A program made the translations under genes and the position numbers. The notes below the pieces were generated by a model. It was not told the origin of the DNA. It worked only from the letters and a program-made list of their open reading frames with translations, and did no database searches. DNA of 64,000 nt. It comes from Tepidisphaerales bacterium (GTDB lineage Bacteria; Planctomycetota; Phycisphaerae; Tepidisphaerales; Tepidisphaeraceae). Positions 30,901 through 39,900 of the stretch are shown in pieces (position 1 is the first letter of the stretch; every line of letters begins with the position of its first letter). Where the stretch lies: assembly GCA_044450885.1 (NCBI GenBank), contig JBIOJL010000001.1, forward strand, positions 446 through 64,445. The letters run 5' to 3'.

Positions 30901-33198
30901 GGAGGGGAAGCCGATGGCCCTGGTGCGAGCCAATCCATGGGAGGCGGCCTGTTTGCGAAGGGCAGTTCACCGTCGCTGACCAACTGCGCGTTCAGTGGGA
31001 ACACTGCCTTCGGGTCGTATGGCTATGGCGGCGGAATGTACAATACCGCCTCCTCGAGCCCGTCGCTGATCAACTGCACGTTCATCGGGAATTCGGCCAG
31101 CGGCCGAGGCGGCGGGATGTATAACGATTTCATTGCAAGCCCTGAACTGATTAATTGTATGTTCAGTGGCAACTCGGCGTCCTCCGACGGCGGCGGGATG
31201 TACAACATCGCCATTTCCAGCCCGAGACTGACCGACTGCGTGTTCAATGGGAACTCGGCCTACCGCGGCGGCGGGATGTACAGCTACCACTGGAACTCCT
31301 CAACGTCGGCGACACTGACCAACTGCACGTTCAGCGGGAACTCAGCGTCCTACGGCGGCGGGATGGAGAACGACACCTCCTCGCCGAGGCTGACCAACTG
31401 CACTTTCAGTGGCAATTCCGCATCGTCCTACGGCGGCGGCATGTACAACAACGCCTTGTCCAATCCGACGCTGACCAACTGCATCCTCTGGGGTAACGGC
31501 AACTCGCCTATCTATAACTACTCCAGCACGCCGGCGATCACCTACAGCGACATCCAGGGCGGGTTCACGGGCACCGGCAACATCAACTCCGACCCGCTCT
31601 TCCTCCGCAATCCCAGCGGCTCTGACTATGGCGACCTCCGTCTAAAGCCAACCTCACCCTGCATCGATGCCGGTTCCAACGCCGCTGTTCCTGCGGGCAT
31701 CACCACCGATCTTGTCGGCAACACCCGCATCGTCGACTACCCCGGCGTTCACGATCCGGGCGCCATCGTTGACATGGGCGCCTACGAACGCCAACTCCCC
31801 CTCGCGGTCAGTTCCGGTGCGGATACGGCGATCAATGAAGGCTCCGGCCTGGCGCGCTCGGGGTCCTTCACCGATGCGGACATCACCGACACCCTGACCG
31901 CAACCGTCAACTACGGCGACGGCGGCGCAATGATCCCCCTGACACTCAACGCCGACAAGAGCTTCCTCCTGGCCCACACCTACGAGGAGAATGGCCTGTA
32001 CGCGGTCACAGTCAGTGGAACCAGCAGCAACAACGGCTCCGCGGCCGGTTCCTTCAAGGTGACCGTCAACAACGTCGCCACGGCCGTGGCGCTGCCCGTC
32101 TCGCTGCGGATGAGCCTGGGAACACCGTTGGCCACAACCGGCTCATTCACCGACCCGGGCCCCAACGATACTTGGACGGCCACCGTGAACTACGCCGATG
32201 GTTCCGGACCGCAGGCATTGGCGCTCAACGCGGACAAGACCTTCATCCTCAATAAGACCTACCCCACGCCCGGCACCTATCCCGTCACCGTGACCATCAC
32301 CGACAAGGACGGCTCGGCCGGCACCGCCACCCTGCTCGCCAGAGTCACCGGCATCGTGGCTCGCTCCATCTTCTACAACAACAGCTTCTACGACGGCAAC
32401 GACCCGGCGGCCAACGCGGCCGATGACAACGCCATCGCCACCGACAAGCAGGCACTGTTGCCGGGACAACAGGCGTCCTTTGCCAACTACACCAGCTTCA
32501 GCAAGGGGATCAACGGCATCATGATCGACCTGGCCAACCCGGCCAGCAGCCCGGGGATTGCGGCGGCGGACTTCCTGTTCCGCGTCGGCAACTCGGCCAC
32601 GCCGGATGCCTGGACGACAGCCCCGGCACCCAGTGTCGTCGTCGTGCGCAGCGTGGCCGGCGCCGACCGCATCGAACTGGTCTGGCCGGACGGCGCCATC
32701 CGCAGGCAGTGGCTGCAGGTGACGGTGCTGGCCGATGCCAACACCGGCCTGGCCGCGCCGGACGTGTTCTACTTCGGCAACGCCATCGGCGAGAGCGGCA
32801 ACTCGACCACGGACGCCGCGGTCACCAGCGCCGACATGCTGGCCGCGCGAGGACACCCGGCTGCGGGCCCCGTGGCCATAACCAATCCCTGGGATTACAA
32901 CCGCGATGGCAGCGTCAACAGCGCTGACACCACGGTCGCCCAGACGAACCAGACGGCGGGGAGTGCGGTGCTGATCCTGCTGGCTGGCGGCACCGGCCGG
33001 GCAAACCGGGCAATCGGCGCTGGCGGGTGGCGGCCTGGCATCCCCATTCTCCCGGATCGGTCTGATCGGCATAAACCCAACCGCAGGCAGCCCTGTCCCG
33101 GACATCCTGGGCAAGAAGCAGTTGGATTTGCTCTCCTGAGTCCATCCTGTGGTGTATCTTTACCGGATGGAGGGCTGCGGCAGCAGTCCCGGTATTGA
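27904..33198 (+). CDS. Large (about 1765 aa) beta-helix / PKD / dockerin-like surface protein, paralogous to the C-terminal part of the giant gene; extreme 3' end apparently frameshifted
   Basis: GTG 27904 is preceded by GGAGGA; the track uses TTG 27838. The leader ends in LEGRLLL (28015-28035). There are three IYVD..ADG.YKPT beta-helix modules (~28050, 29140, 30535) and two PKD-like units (31800-32340). A Ca-loop-like DYNRDGSVNSAD lies at ~32893-32928. After a CTGG-CTGG duplication (32980-32987) the conserved tail continues in the +1 frame and stops at 33137-33139. Confidence 0.85.
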   Translation: MTQRAILPAGKWVCRNTSWRQHKPTGLLQRVGCVAEPLEGRLLLSKTIYVDVNSPAPATNGPSWSQAYKDLQLALGVAVSGDTIKVADGTYKPTSGTDRTISFQLMTGVAIYGGYAGYGAPNPDARNVTGTPSILSGDIGTVGTNTDNSYHVLVGSGTTSTAVLDGFTITAGNANGSGSPTYYGGGMYNSPGSPTLTNCTFSGNSASYGGGMENDTSSPRLTNCTFSGNSASSYGGGMDSSSSSPTLTNCTFSGNSASAGGGMYNYSSGPTLTNCTFSGNSASSSGGGVYSSSSNPKLTNCILWGNGNSPIYNYSSTPVITYSDIQGGYTGTGNLNVDPLFVRNPSGTDYGDLRLRLSSPAIDAGKNADVPAGTTTDLGGGPRFKDVPSKADTGAGTAPIVDMGAYEASWSTVMYVDPNATGIEDGTTWATAYRSFASALAMAISGQEIRVADGTYKPTPGTDRSISFQLKSGVACFGGYAGCGAADPNARDVVANPSILSGDLGTAGNNTDNSYHVVVGSGTDSTAILDGITIAAGNADTSSFPTYCGSGMFNSFGSPTLFNCTFSGNSASYGGGIFNTLSSSPALTNCTFSGNTAGSGGGIYNNSSSNPTLTNCMFTGNSAFHGGGVYSYSSDGVTSNPTLTNCTFSGNSAIGNGGGMFSYDWNSSSSATLTNCTFSGNTADFGGGMYNTHSATSLVLVNCVFIGNSGVCGGGMYNDSASSPTLTNCTFSGNTASISDGGIANFGSGIYNSASSPRLTNCIIWGSGSLPIFNYGSSTPVITYSDIQGGYAGIGNISADPLFVRSPWTGFDGLFGTTDDDYGDVRLRTGSPALDIGSNSAIPAGVITDLAGNGRIQNGTVDMGAYEGPVTAPTSKTIYVDLNAAGVNNGASWTNAFTSLQSALLVSIDGDTIRIADGAYKPTSTNDRTICFALRNAVGIYGGYAGYGAPNPNARDIVAYPTVLSADIGTISDTSDNSYHVLTASGVGSSTVLDGFTVTGGEADGPGASQSMGGGLFAKGSSPSLTNCAFSGNTAFGSYGYGGGMYNTASSSPSLINCTFIGNSASGRGGGMYNDFIASPELINCMFSGNSASSDGGGMYNIAISSPRLTDCVFNGNSAYRGGGMYSYHWNSSTSATLTNCTFSGNSASYGGGMENDTSSPRLTNCTFSGNSASSYGGGMYNNALSNPTLTNCILWGNGNSPIYNYSSTPAITYSDIQGGFTGTGNINSDPLFLRNPSGSDYGDLRLKPTSPCIDAGSNAAVPAGITTDLVGNTRIVDYPGVHDPGAIVDMGAYERQLPLAVSSGADTAINEGSGLARSGSFTDADITDTLTATVNYGDGGAMIPLTLNADKSFLLAHTYEENGLYAVTVSGTSSNNGSAAGSFKVTVNNVATAVALPVSLRMSLGTPLATTGSFTDPGPNDTWTATVNYADGSGPQALALNADKTFILNKTYPTPGTYPVTVTITDKDGSAGTATLLARVTGIVARSIFYNNSFYDGNDPAANAADDNAIATDKQALLPGQQASFANYTSFSKGINGIMIDLANPASSPGIAAADFLFRVGNSATPDAWTTAPAPSVVVVRSVAGADRIELVWPDGAIRRQWLQVTVLADANTGLAAPDVFYFGNAIGESGNSTTDAAVTSADMLAARGHPAAGPVAITNPWDYNRDGSVNSADTTVAQTNQTAGSAVLILLAGGTGRANRAIGAGGWRPGIPILPDRSDRHKPNRRQPCPGHPGQEAVGFALLSPSCGVSLPDGGLRQQSRY

Positions 33199-33212
33199 TA
33201 TTGGAGGCGAAG

Positions 33213-33728
33213 ATGAAACGAGTCAATTTACTCGTGGCTGGTCTTGTTTTGTTCCTGGCGGGAACGGCGGCCAGTGCCGCACCGGTCGTCAGTGTCGGGC
33301 ATGTGTATGCTCCGCTCAACGGCACGCTGAGCTTCCAGTTGACGGTTTCCGACGCGGGCAATGCCGCGGCCGAAGACATCGAAGGCATGCTCCTGACGCT
33401 GCAGATCGCTGACGGCACGGGCACGACTCCCAAGGTTCAGTCCATCGACATGCTCACCGGAACCATCTGGACCGGCCATGGATCCTCCGCGATCGTCCCC
33501 GATGGCGGCAATGAACCGCAGTTCGCCTCCCGGAGCATCATCACGGATGCATTCGGAGACTATGTGAACGCCAACGGGGTGACCCCTTCCGCCAGGCGAC
33601 GAATGCGGACGGGGGGCGGGCGGTCATTTCCGCAGGTCGTGCATGATCGCGATCACGCCCCCCGCGTGGCTGATGGCCTCGTAGACGCCGCGGTAGTCCT
33701 TGTAGGTCAGCTTCTTGTCACAGCGTAG
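33213..33728 (+). CDS. Small secreted protein, possibly cohesin-like; 3' end doubtful
   Basis: GGAGG at 33203-33207, ATG at 33213, signal peptide MKRVNLLVAGLVLFLAGTAASAAP. The beta-rich body is LSFQLTVSDAGN...MLLTLQIADG. The last ~35 codons overlap the convergent exbD and look like read-through. Confidence 0.45.
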   Translation: MKRVNLLVAGLVLFLAGTAASAAPVVSVGHVYAPLNGTLSFQLTVSDAGNAAAEDIEGMLLTLQIADGTGTTPKVQSIDMLTGTIWTGHGSSAIVPDGGNEPQFASRSIITDAFGDYVNANGVTPSARRRMRTGGGRSFPQVVHDRDHAPRVADGLVDAAVVLVGQLLVTA

Positions 33729-34031
33729 GCGCACTTCGCAGTCCCGCGGATTGCTCCGCGCGGCCAGGATTCCCTTAAGCTCGGTCTCCAGCGTGCCGGA
33801 ACTGCCGACGAGCTGGCCGTTCAGATAGATCTTCGCCTCGCGGTCGACGATCACGGTGACGGGCGAATCGGTCTTGCCGGTGCGGGACAGTTGGGGAAGC
33901 ACCACGCTCAGCCTGTCGCGCATGAAGGTGCTGGTGAGCATAAAGAAGAAGATGATCAGGAAGGCGATGTCGGCCAGGCTGATCATCTGCGTCTCTTTGA
34001 TCGGCTCAGTTCTTCGGCGTGCGAGTTTCAT
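33624..34031 (-). CDS. exbD: ExbD/TolR-family biopolymer transport protein (copy 2)
   Basis: MKLARRR...ISLADIAFLIIFFFMLTSTF (single TM), then VTVIVDREAKIYLNG...VRLRCDKKLTYKDYRGVYEAISHAG. ATG at 34031. Confidence 0.85.
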   Translation of the reverse strand: MKLARRRTEPIKETQMISLADIAFLIIFFFMLTSTFMRDRLSVVLPQLSRTGKTDSPVTVIVDREAKIYLNGQLVGSSGTLETELKGILAARSNPRDCEVRLRCDKKLTYKDYRGVYEAISHAGGVIAIMHDLRK

Positions 34032-34434
34032 CGCGGCGCTCCTCTGAAATAAGCACGACCCCGCCGGCCTGCTGGATGGCGTACAGAATGTCGCCGTTGC
34101 GCTGAAACGACAGGTCGTCGGCCGGGAATACCACGACGGCCCGCTGGTCCTCGCTGGCCGCGCCGGCCAGCAGGCCGCGCAACTGCAGTTCCAGGTCGCC
34201 CAGCGGAACGGGCATGCCGTTGACCGCAAGCCTGGATTCGCCGGCCTCGATGCGGATCGGCTTGTCGATGGTCTTCTCCGGCGAAATCGTCGCCGTCGGC
34301 AGGGCGACGGTCAGCGACAGGTTGCTGACGAACGTCGAGGCGATCAGGAAAAAGATGATGATCTGCCACGCAATGTCGGCCAGCGTGATGAAGGGGATGT
34401 AAGGGCCGGGGCGATGGTGGCGGACGAGTCTCAT
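34006..34434 (-). CDS. exbD: ExbD/TolR-family biopolymer transport protein (copy 1)
   Basis: ITLADIAWQIIIFFLIASTF, then IRIEAGESRLAVNG...VVVFPADDLSFQRNGDILYAIQQAG. Overlaps the next exbD by 26 nt. Confidence 0.85.
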   Translation of the reverse strand: MRLVRHHRPGPYIPFITLADIAWQIIIFFLIASTFVSNLSLTVALPTATISPEKTIDKPIRIEAGESRLAVNGMPVPLGDLELQLRGLLAGAASEDQRAVVVFPADDLSFQRNGDILYAIQQAGGVVLISEERRDETRTPKN

Positions 34435-34465
34435 GTTTCCTCGATGACAGACAGGAATGCCTGTC

Positions 34466-35110
34466 CTACTGCTGCGACTGCTTGTCCAGGATTCGCTCGA
34501 CCAGGGCGGTGCCGGTGGACTGCACCTGCAGCACGAAGCGGTTGACGCGGCTGACGAAGTAGTTGTATTCGACCGTGGACATGGCCGCGACGATCAGGCC
34601 GCCGGCCGTGCAAAGCAGGGCCTCGGAAATGCCGCCGGCGACGGCCTCGGGCGTCATGTTGCCGACGCTGTGAATCGAGCCGAAGGCGCGGATCATGCCG
34701 AAGACGGTGCCCATCATGCCCAGGATCGGAGCGAGGCTGGCACAGGTGGCGAGGATGGTCAGATGACGTTCCAGGTAGTCCACGACGTGGCCTCCGTGGT
34801 CTTCCATCGCCTGGGTGATGCCTTCCTCGATCTCCTCGGGGCGCTTGCCGATGCGCTCGAGGAACACCAGCTTGCGCAGGCCGATGCCCAGCGTCTCAGC
34901 CACCGGCCCGCCGGTTCGCTGGCAATGGCCGATGGCGCCGTCGAGGTCGGCGCGTTCCATGGCCTTGGACAGTTCGTTGAGAAGGTCTTCGCTGTCGACG
35001 TCGGCCTTGCGCATCACCAGCCAGCGTTCGAAGGTGACGCCGAGGCTGATGATGGAACAGGCGGTGATGACCCAGAGAGCCCAGCCGCCGCGAATGATGA
35101 AGTCGAGCAT
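34466..35110 (-). CDS. exbB: MotA/TolQ/ExbB proton-channel protein
   Basis: Three TM helices and the family core LATCASLAPILGMMGTVFGMIRAF...GGISEALLCTAGGLIVA. Confidence 0.9.
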   Translation of the reverse strand: MLDFIIRGGWALWVITACSIISLGVTFERWLVMRKADVDSEDLLNELSKAMERADLDGAIGHCQRTGGPVAETLGIGLRKLVFLERIGKRPEEIEEGITQAMEDHGGHVVDYLERHLTILATCASLAPILGMMGTVFGMIRAFGSIHSVGNMTPEAVAGGISEALLCTAGGLIVAAMSTVEYNYFVSRVNRFVLQVQSTGTALVERILDKQSQQ

Positions 35111-35128
35111 GTGTCACCTGTACAAATC

Positions 35129-35206
35129 GTGATCGGTTATCAGTGATCGGTGATCGGTACAGACTACCGATCACTGATCACCGATCACTGCTCACCGATC
35201 ACTCAC
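35129..35206. repeat. Head-to-head heptanucleotide array (GTGATCG x4 facing TCACCGA x4) forming a long imperfect palindrome
   Basis: gtgatcg gttatca gtgatcg gtgatcg gtacaga ctaccga tcactga tcaccga tcactgc tcaccga tcactca. It fills the spacer between the TPR gene stop and the exbB start. Confidence 0.8.
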
Positions 35207-36910
35207 ATCCACGTCCGGAACGTTATACCGCTGTTCCAGCACGGTGTGCGCGTGGCTGGCTTCCGGCGTGTGGGGGTACTTGCGGAGCACGAGGCGATAC
35301 GTCGCCACCGCGCGCTGGCTGTCGTTCTTCTCCTCGTGGCAGTTGGCGATCTCCAGGTACGCCCGGCGCACGGCGTTGGCAGCGCCGGCATAGTCCTGGA
35401 TGAGCCGCTCGTAGGCCGCGACCGCCTCATCCTGCTTCTTCTGCACGCGCAGGAGCGAGCCGAGCCGGAAGATCGCCCTGACGCTGCGCTCCTCCTCACT
35501 CGGGAAACGGGCGAGCAGTTCGCGGAGCGTGGCGACGGCCGTAGCCGGAGTGTTCATCAGGCCCGACTCGAGATCGGCCCGTTCGAGCAGCGCTTCGGCG
35601 CTGACGGCCGGCGAGTAGAAGCGCTTGACGATCTCGGTGAGTTCCTTCTGGCCGGCCGGCAGGTCTTTGGTTTTCGCGAGTTTGCCGTAGTAGGTGGCGG
35701 CGACGAGAAAATGCGCGGCGGGTTTGCTGTCGAGCAGCCAGTATGCCTCGCGGGCCTTGGGCGCGTCGCCGCGGGATTCATGGAGTTCGCCGACCATGAC
35801 CTTGACCTTCTCGACATCGGCGCCGGTGCGGTAGTCGCCGATGAAGGTCATCAAGCGCGGTAGTTCGGTCTTGTGCAGGTCGCACAGGGCGAATTGCGCC
35901 CAGCGCCGCAGGCGCTCGCATTTGTCGGCGATGTGCCGCAGCACCTTGTCCTTGTCGTCCGGCCCCTTGGCGCCGATGGCCGCCGCGATCTGCTGGATGA
36001 GCGCGTCGGCCGCGGCGGCGGGTGGCTCGGTGCTGATGACTTCGTTGAGCAGCACGAAAAGGTTGGCCGTGCCCGGGCGGGAGGCGTATGCCGCGAGCGT
36101 CAGGCGATAGGCCAGCGGTTTCTCTTCCCTGGGCAGGCGGCGGATCAGCGCCAGGGCGTCGTCGTGGCGATCGAAGGCGATGTAGGCCTGCACGACGCGG
36201 GAAATGGCCTCGGCGCGGGATGGGAGTTGCAGCAGCAGTTTCACCGCGGCGTCGACTTCCTTCTTCTGGATGAAGAGGCTGGCCGTGAAGAGGATGGCAT
36301 CGTTGTAGGCGGCCGTCGCGGTGCTGTCGCCGGCAAAGTCGGCCGGCTTCTTCTCGAGGATCTTCGCGTAGTTCTCGGCCACCTTGCCAGGCTTGTCCAA
36401 GGCGGAGTAGCTGTCGATCTGGGCCCGCAGGGCGTGCAGGACCAGCGGGCTGTTGGGGAAGTCGTTTATGACGAAGTTGAATTCCTTGATCGCTTCGTTG
36501 TGGAACTTGCGTTTCTGCTGGGTGAGCGCGACCCAGAGTTGCACGCGGTCGGAGCGGGGATCCTTGGGGTACTTCTCCATGAAGTCGTAGAGACGATCGA
36601 CCAGGTCCTGGGACGGCGCATCCTTGGCGTAGAACCCGGCGATGCGTTCAAACTCGCGGGCGGGCGCGACGCCGGGGGCGACGGCGTCGCCATCGGCGGC
36701 GAGAACGGGGGAGGCGGTCAGGAAACACAGAAAGAACAAAGGGATTGAGGCACGAAGGCACGAAGGCACGAAGTGGAAGAAAGAAAGGACGCAAGCGACA
36801 GGGAACGGAGACAGGCGAGGCGAGGCAAAGAACGCCGCGGAGTACCGCGGCACACGGGCAGGATGCCCGTGCCACCATGTGGCTGGCATGAAGCCGGTTT
36901 GTGTGTTCAT
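35192..36910 (-). CDS. TPR-repeat protein (~572 aa), secreted/periplasmic
   Basis: YbgF-like TPR units (e.g. FMEKYPKDPRSDRVQLWVA, VINDFPNSPLVLHAL, LLARFPSEEERSVRAIF, VLRKYPHTPEASHAH). ATG 36910 forms an ATGA overlap with the upstream stop and has GGAG upstream. An alternative GTG 36769 lies just before the signal-like SIPLFFLCFLTASPVLA. A REP-like hairpin (36853-36871) and a GGCACGAA x3 array (36749-36772) in the first 140 nt argue for the shorter form. Confidence 0.75.
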   Translation of the reverse strand: MNTQTGFMPATWWHGHPARVPRYSAAFFASPRLSPFPVACVLSFFHFVPSCLRASIPLFFLCFLTASPVLAADGDAVAPGVAPAREFERIAGFYAKDAPSQDLVDRLYDFMEKYPKDPRSDRVQLWVALTQQKRKFHNEAIKEFNFVINDFPNSPLVLHALRAQIDSYSALDKPGKVAENYAKILEKKPADFAGDSTATAAYNDAILFTASLFIQKKEVDAAVKLLLQLPSRAEAISRVVQAYIAFDRHDDALALIRRLPREEKPLAYRLTLAAYASRPGTANLFVLLNEVISTEPPAAAADALIQQIAAAIGAKGPDDKDKVLRHIADKCERLRRWAQFALCDLHKTELPRLMTFIGDYRTGADVEKVKVMVGELHESRGDAPKAREAYWLLDSKPAAHFLVAATYYGKLAKTKDLPAGQKELTEIVKRFYSPAVSAEALLERADLESGLMNTPATAVATLRELLARFPSEEERSVRAIFRLGSLLRVQKKQDEAVAAYERLIQDYAGAANAVRRAYLEIANCHEEKNDSQRAVATYRLVLRKYPHTPEASHAHTVLEQRYNVPDVDVSDR

Positions 36911-39900
36911 CGCGGCTCCACAACCTGTTCCAGCGCCATGCGCGAGAGGTTGGCGTATTCGCTTCTTGGGTAATCGTAGATCACGCGCTGGAGCAGTTCG
37001 CGGATCTTCTCCGGCCGCAACACCACGATTCCCCTGGGGGCCTTGCTCAACTGCTGCATCTGGATCAGCGTGGCCGCGTGCCAGTAGAGTAGCGCCGGCA
37101 TATCCTTGTCGCTGGCGGCGAAGATCTTCTCCGTCTGCACGAACCAGGCGACGGCCTCGTCGGGGCGGGAGGAGACCGCCAGCCACTGCCCGGCCTTGAG
37201 CGCCACCGGGCCGGCGTTCTCGTGCTTGGGAAACTTCTCGACGAACTTCTGGGCGATCGACACCGCGTCGGCGAACTGCTCGCCGCGGGCGAAGTAGTTC
37301 ATCATGCGGATCATCGCCATGGGCACGTGCGGATCGTCGGGGTGGTGATAGGTGAGCAGCACGTAGGCATCGGCCGCCTCGTCGAACCGTCCCATGTTCT
37401 CCAGCGCCTGGCCGACCTTGAAGCGGGCCCTGGCGACGAATTCGGACTTGGGCCAGCGGGTGACGATCTCCTGGAATCTCGCCAGCGCCTCGCGGTGGTT
37501 ACCCTTGAGTGACTGAATGTTGCCCAGGTAATAGTTGGAACTGGCGGCGAGGGCATCTTCGGGAAAACGCGTGACAAGCTGCGAGAAGTAGTCGGTGGAC
37601 TCGACGAGGTATTCATCCGCCCGCTCGTACGCGCCGGCCAGATACAGGCGCCGGCCGATCTGGTAGGCCGACTGGCCGGTGCGATACCAGAGCTTCATTT
37701 CCTCCTGGGCATCCTTGAACTGGCGGGAGAAGCCTTCGACGGTGCCGTCGGTGCCGCCGGACACTTCCAGCCGCACGGTCTGCGCCGCAGACTGAGCGCG
37801 CGTCTCGCGCAGGTAGTCCATGTAGGTCACCTCGATGGTGCCGCCGTAGCTGGCCTGTAGCACATCGTCGTTCGGTTTGGCCGCGGCGTTGTCCGTCTGG
37901 ATCTTGCCGCGGAAAACGCCGCTGTGCGGCTCGGTCTCGGAGAGCATGAGGATTTCCCGGTCGCCGCCGGAGGATTTGACGACGACGGCCACCTGGCCGA
38001 TGGCGGCCGAACGGTCGGCGTCGAAATCGACAACCTGCACGTAGATCGGCTCGCCGAGGCGGAATTTCGAGATCGAGTCGAGATATCCGGCGTTGGTCAC
38101 CGTCAGCGTGGCATCGGACGCCAGCGCGACGTAGGCCACGCGCTCGACATTTTCCGGCGGCGCCTGCCTGGGATTCTGGTAGTCGACGATCACCTCGCCG
38201 CCGGGGACGATGCTGACGGCGTCTTTGTCCTCGGCGTCGTCGCTGGCCTTGGTCGGCACGCGGACTTTGTATTTGCCGGAGGCGTCGCGTTTGGCCGCGA
38301 CGGTCACCTTCTGGATGAGCCGCCCGGCCACGCTGCGGATGCGCACCTCGACGCTGGCGGCCGGGAGGTCCGGGTCGTCAATGATGAGGTCGAACGGCTG
38401 GCCGGGCGTGAGCGGGCCATCCGCCGGGTCGGGCACAGCGGCGGGCTGCGTCGTCGGCATCGGCGCGTTGGGGGCGTCGCTCGCGCCCAGGGCCTTGAGC
38501 CGCTCGATGCGGCCATTGAGCCGGTCGATGTGGCTGGTCAGGGCGGCGATGGTCTCCTTCAGAGTGTCGGCCTCGCTGAGCGCGCCGTCGGTGGGCGCGG
38601 TCGTCGGCGCCTTGGCCGGGGCGGCCGCCTGGCGCTTCTTGAGTATCTCGCGGCGTTCCTCGAAGAGCGTTCGTTCGGCCGCGTACGCCGGCAGACGCGC
38701 GTTGAGTTCCCGGCGCAACGTCGCCAGCCGCTGTTCCTGGGCGGCCATCGCGCGGCGGTTGGGGTTGGCGAGGTTGATCACGGGGATCACGGGTTCACCG
38801 TCGGGTTTGGCAATCGCCTTCGCCCTGGCGGGCGCTTTGCCGGTCGCGTCGTCGGCCACGGCGCGGGTTTGCAGGTCGGCCGTGGGGACGCGGACGTCGG
38901 TGTATGAGACACGAATGATGTCGTCGCCGTATACGGCAAGTTCATTGGCCGGGGCGACCTTCGCGGGATCGCCCAGGCGGCGTTCGGGCTGGGTGTCGCC
39001 GAGCACCAGGTCGAGCTGCTGCGAGGCGACGCCGGGGGCGGTGCATGGGAGCATCAATTCCTGGGCCACGTTGCCGATCAGCGTGTTGATCTTCACCGTC
39101 ACGCCCGTGGCGGCGTTCGCCATGGCGTCGGGATCGTGGATCGCCAGCGTCAGCCGGCCTTTGCCGGCCGGACGAACCGCGACCGGAATCTCGCTTGCCT
39201 CGGTTGGTTTGATCTCGAACGGCCAGGCGCTGGTGACGGCCGGCAGGTTCTGCCAGTCGCCGGCGGTGGGCTGGTTCTCCAGCACGCTCAGGTAGCGGAA
39301 GGTCTTGTAGCCCGGCTGCATGTTCTGCTGGTCGAGGTACTTGAACCACACCAGGTCGCCCGGCCGGACGTAGAGCAGCCGGGGGTTGTCCCTGGCCTCG
39401 GGATTGGCCGAGAGCGACAGCGGCGCGGCGAAGACGCCGGTCGAGTTGCCGGTTTCCGTCAGTTCCAGCAGTTGCCGGGCGCCGGTTTCGCTGAAGGCTT
39501 CCACATGCGCCGTGTCGGGGTTCGGCGTCACATCCAAGTCGGGATCGTTCAGCATGATGTGGGGCGAAGCGCCCAGATCCAGCCGCCAGGCGGGGCGGAA
39601 GTTCGTACCCTTCGCTTCCAGGTCGGCCGGTTTCACCAGCGACAGCACGCCGTTGTGGTAGCGCGCGCCCAGGCGGCGCGACTGGCGCACGACCGGGACT
39701 CCCGGGGTTTCGTTGTCCACATCCGTGTACCGTGCGAACACGGTCTGGCCGACGTTGAACTCCAGCACGGATGCGTTGTCGGCGCCGGCGGGGGCGACGT
39801 CGGCCGGGAGAAGCTGGTTGCCCTGGGTGTCGGTGAGGATGATCTGCCCGATGGCCGGGGCGTCGCCGCGGAATTTGGCGATGTCGATGCGGATGGTCCG

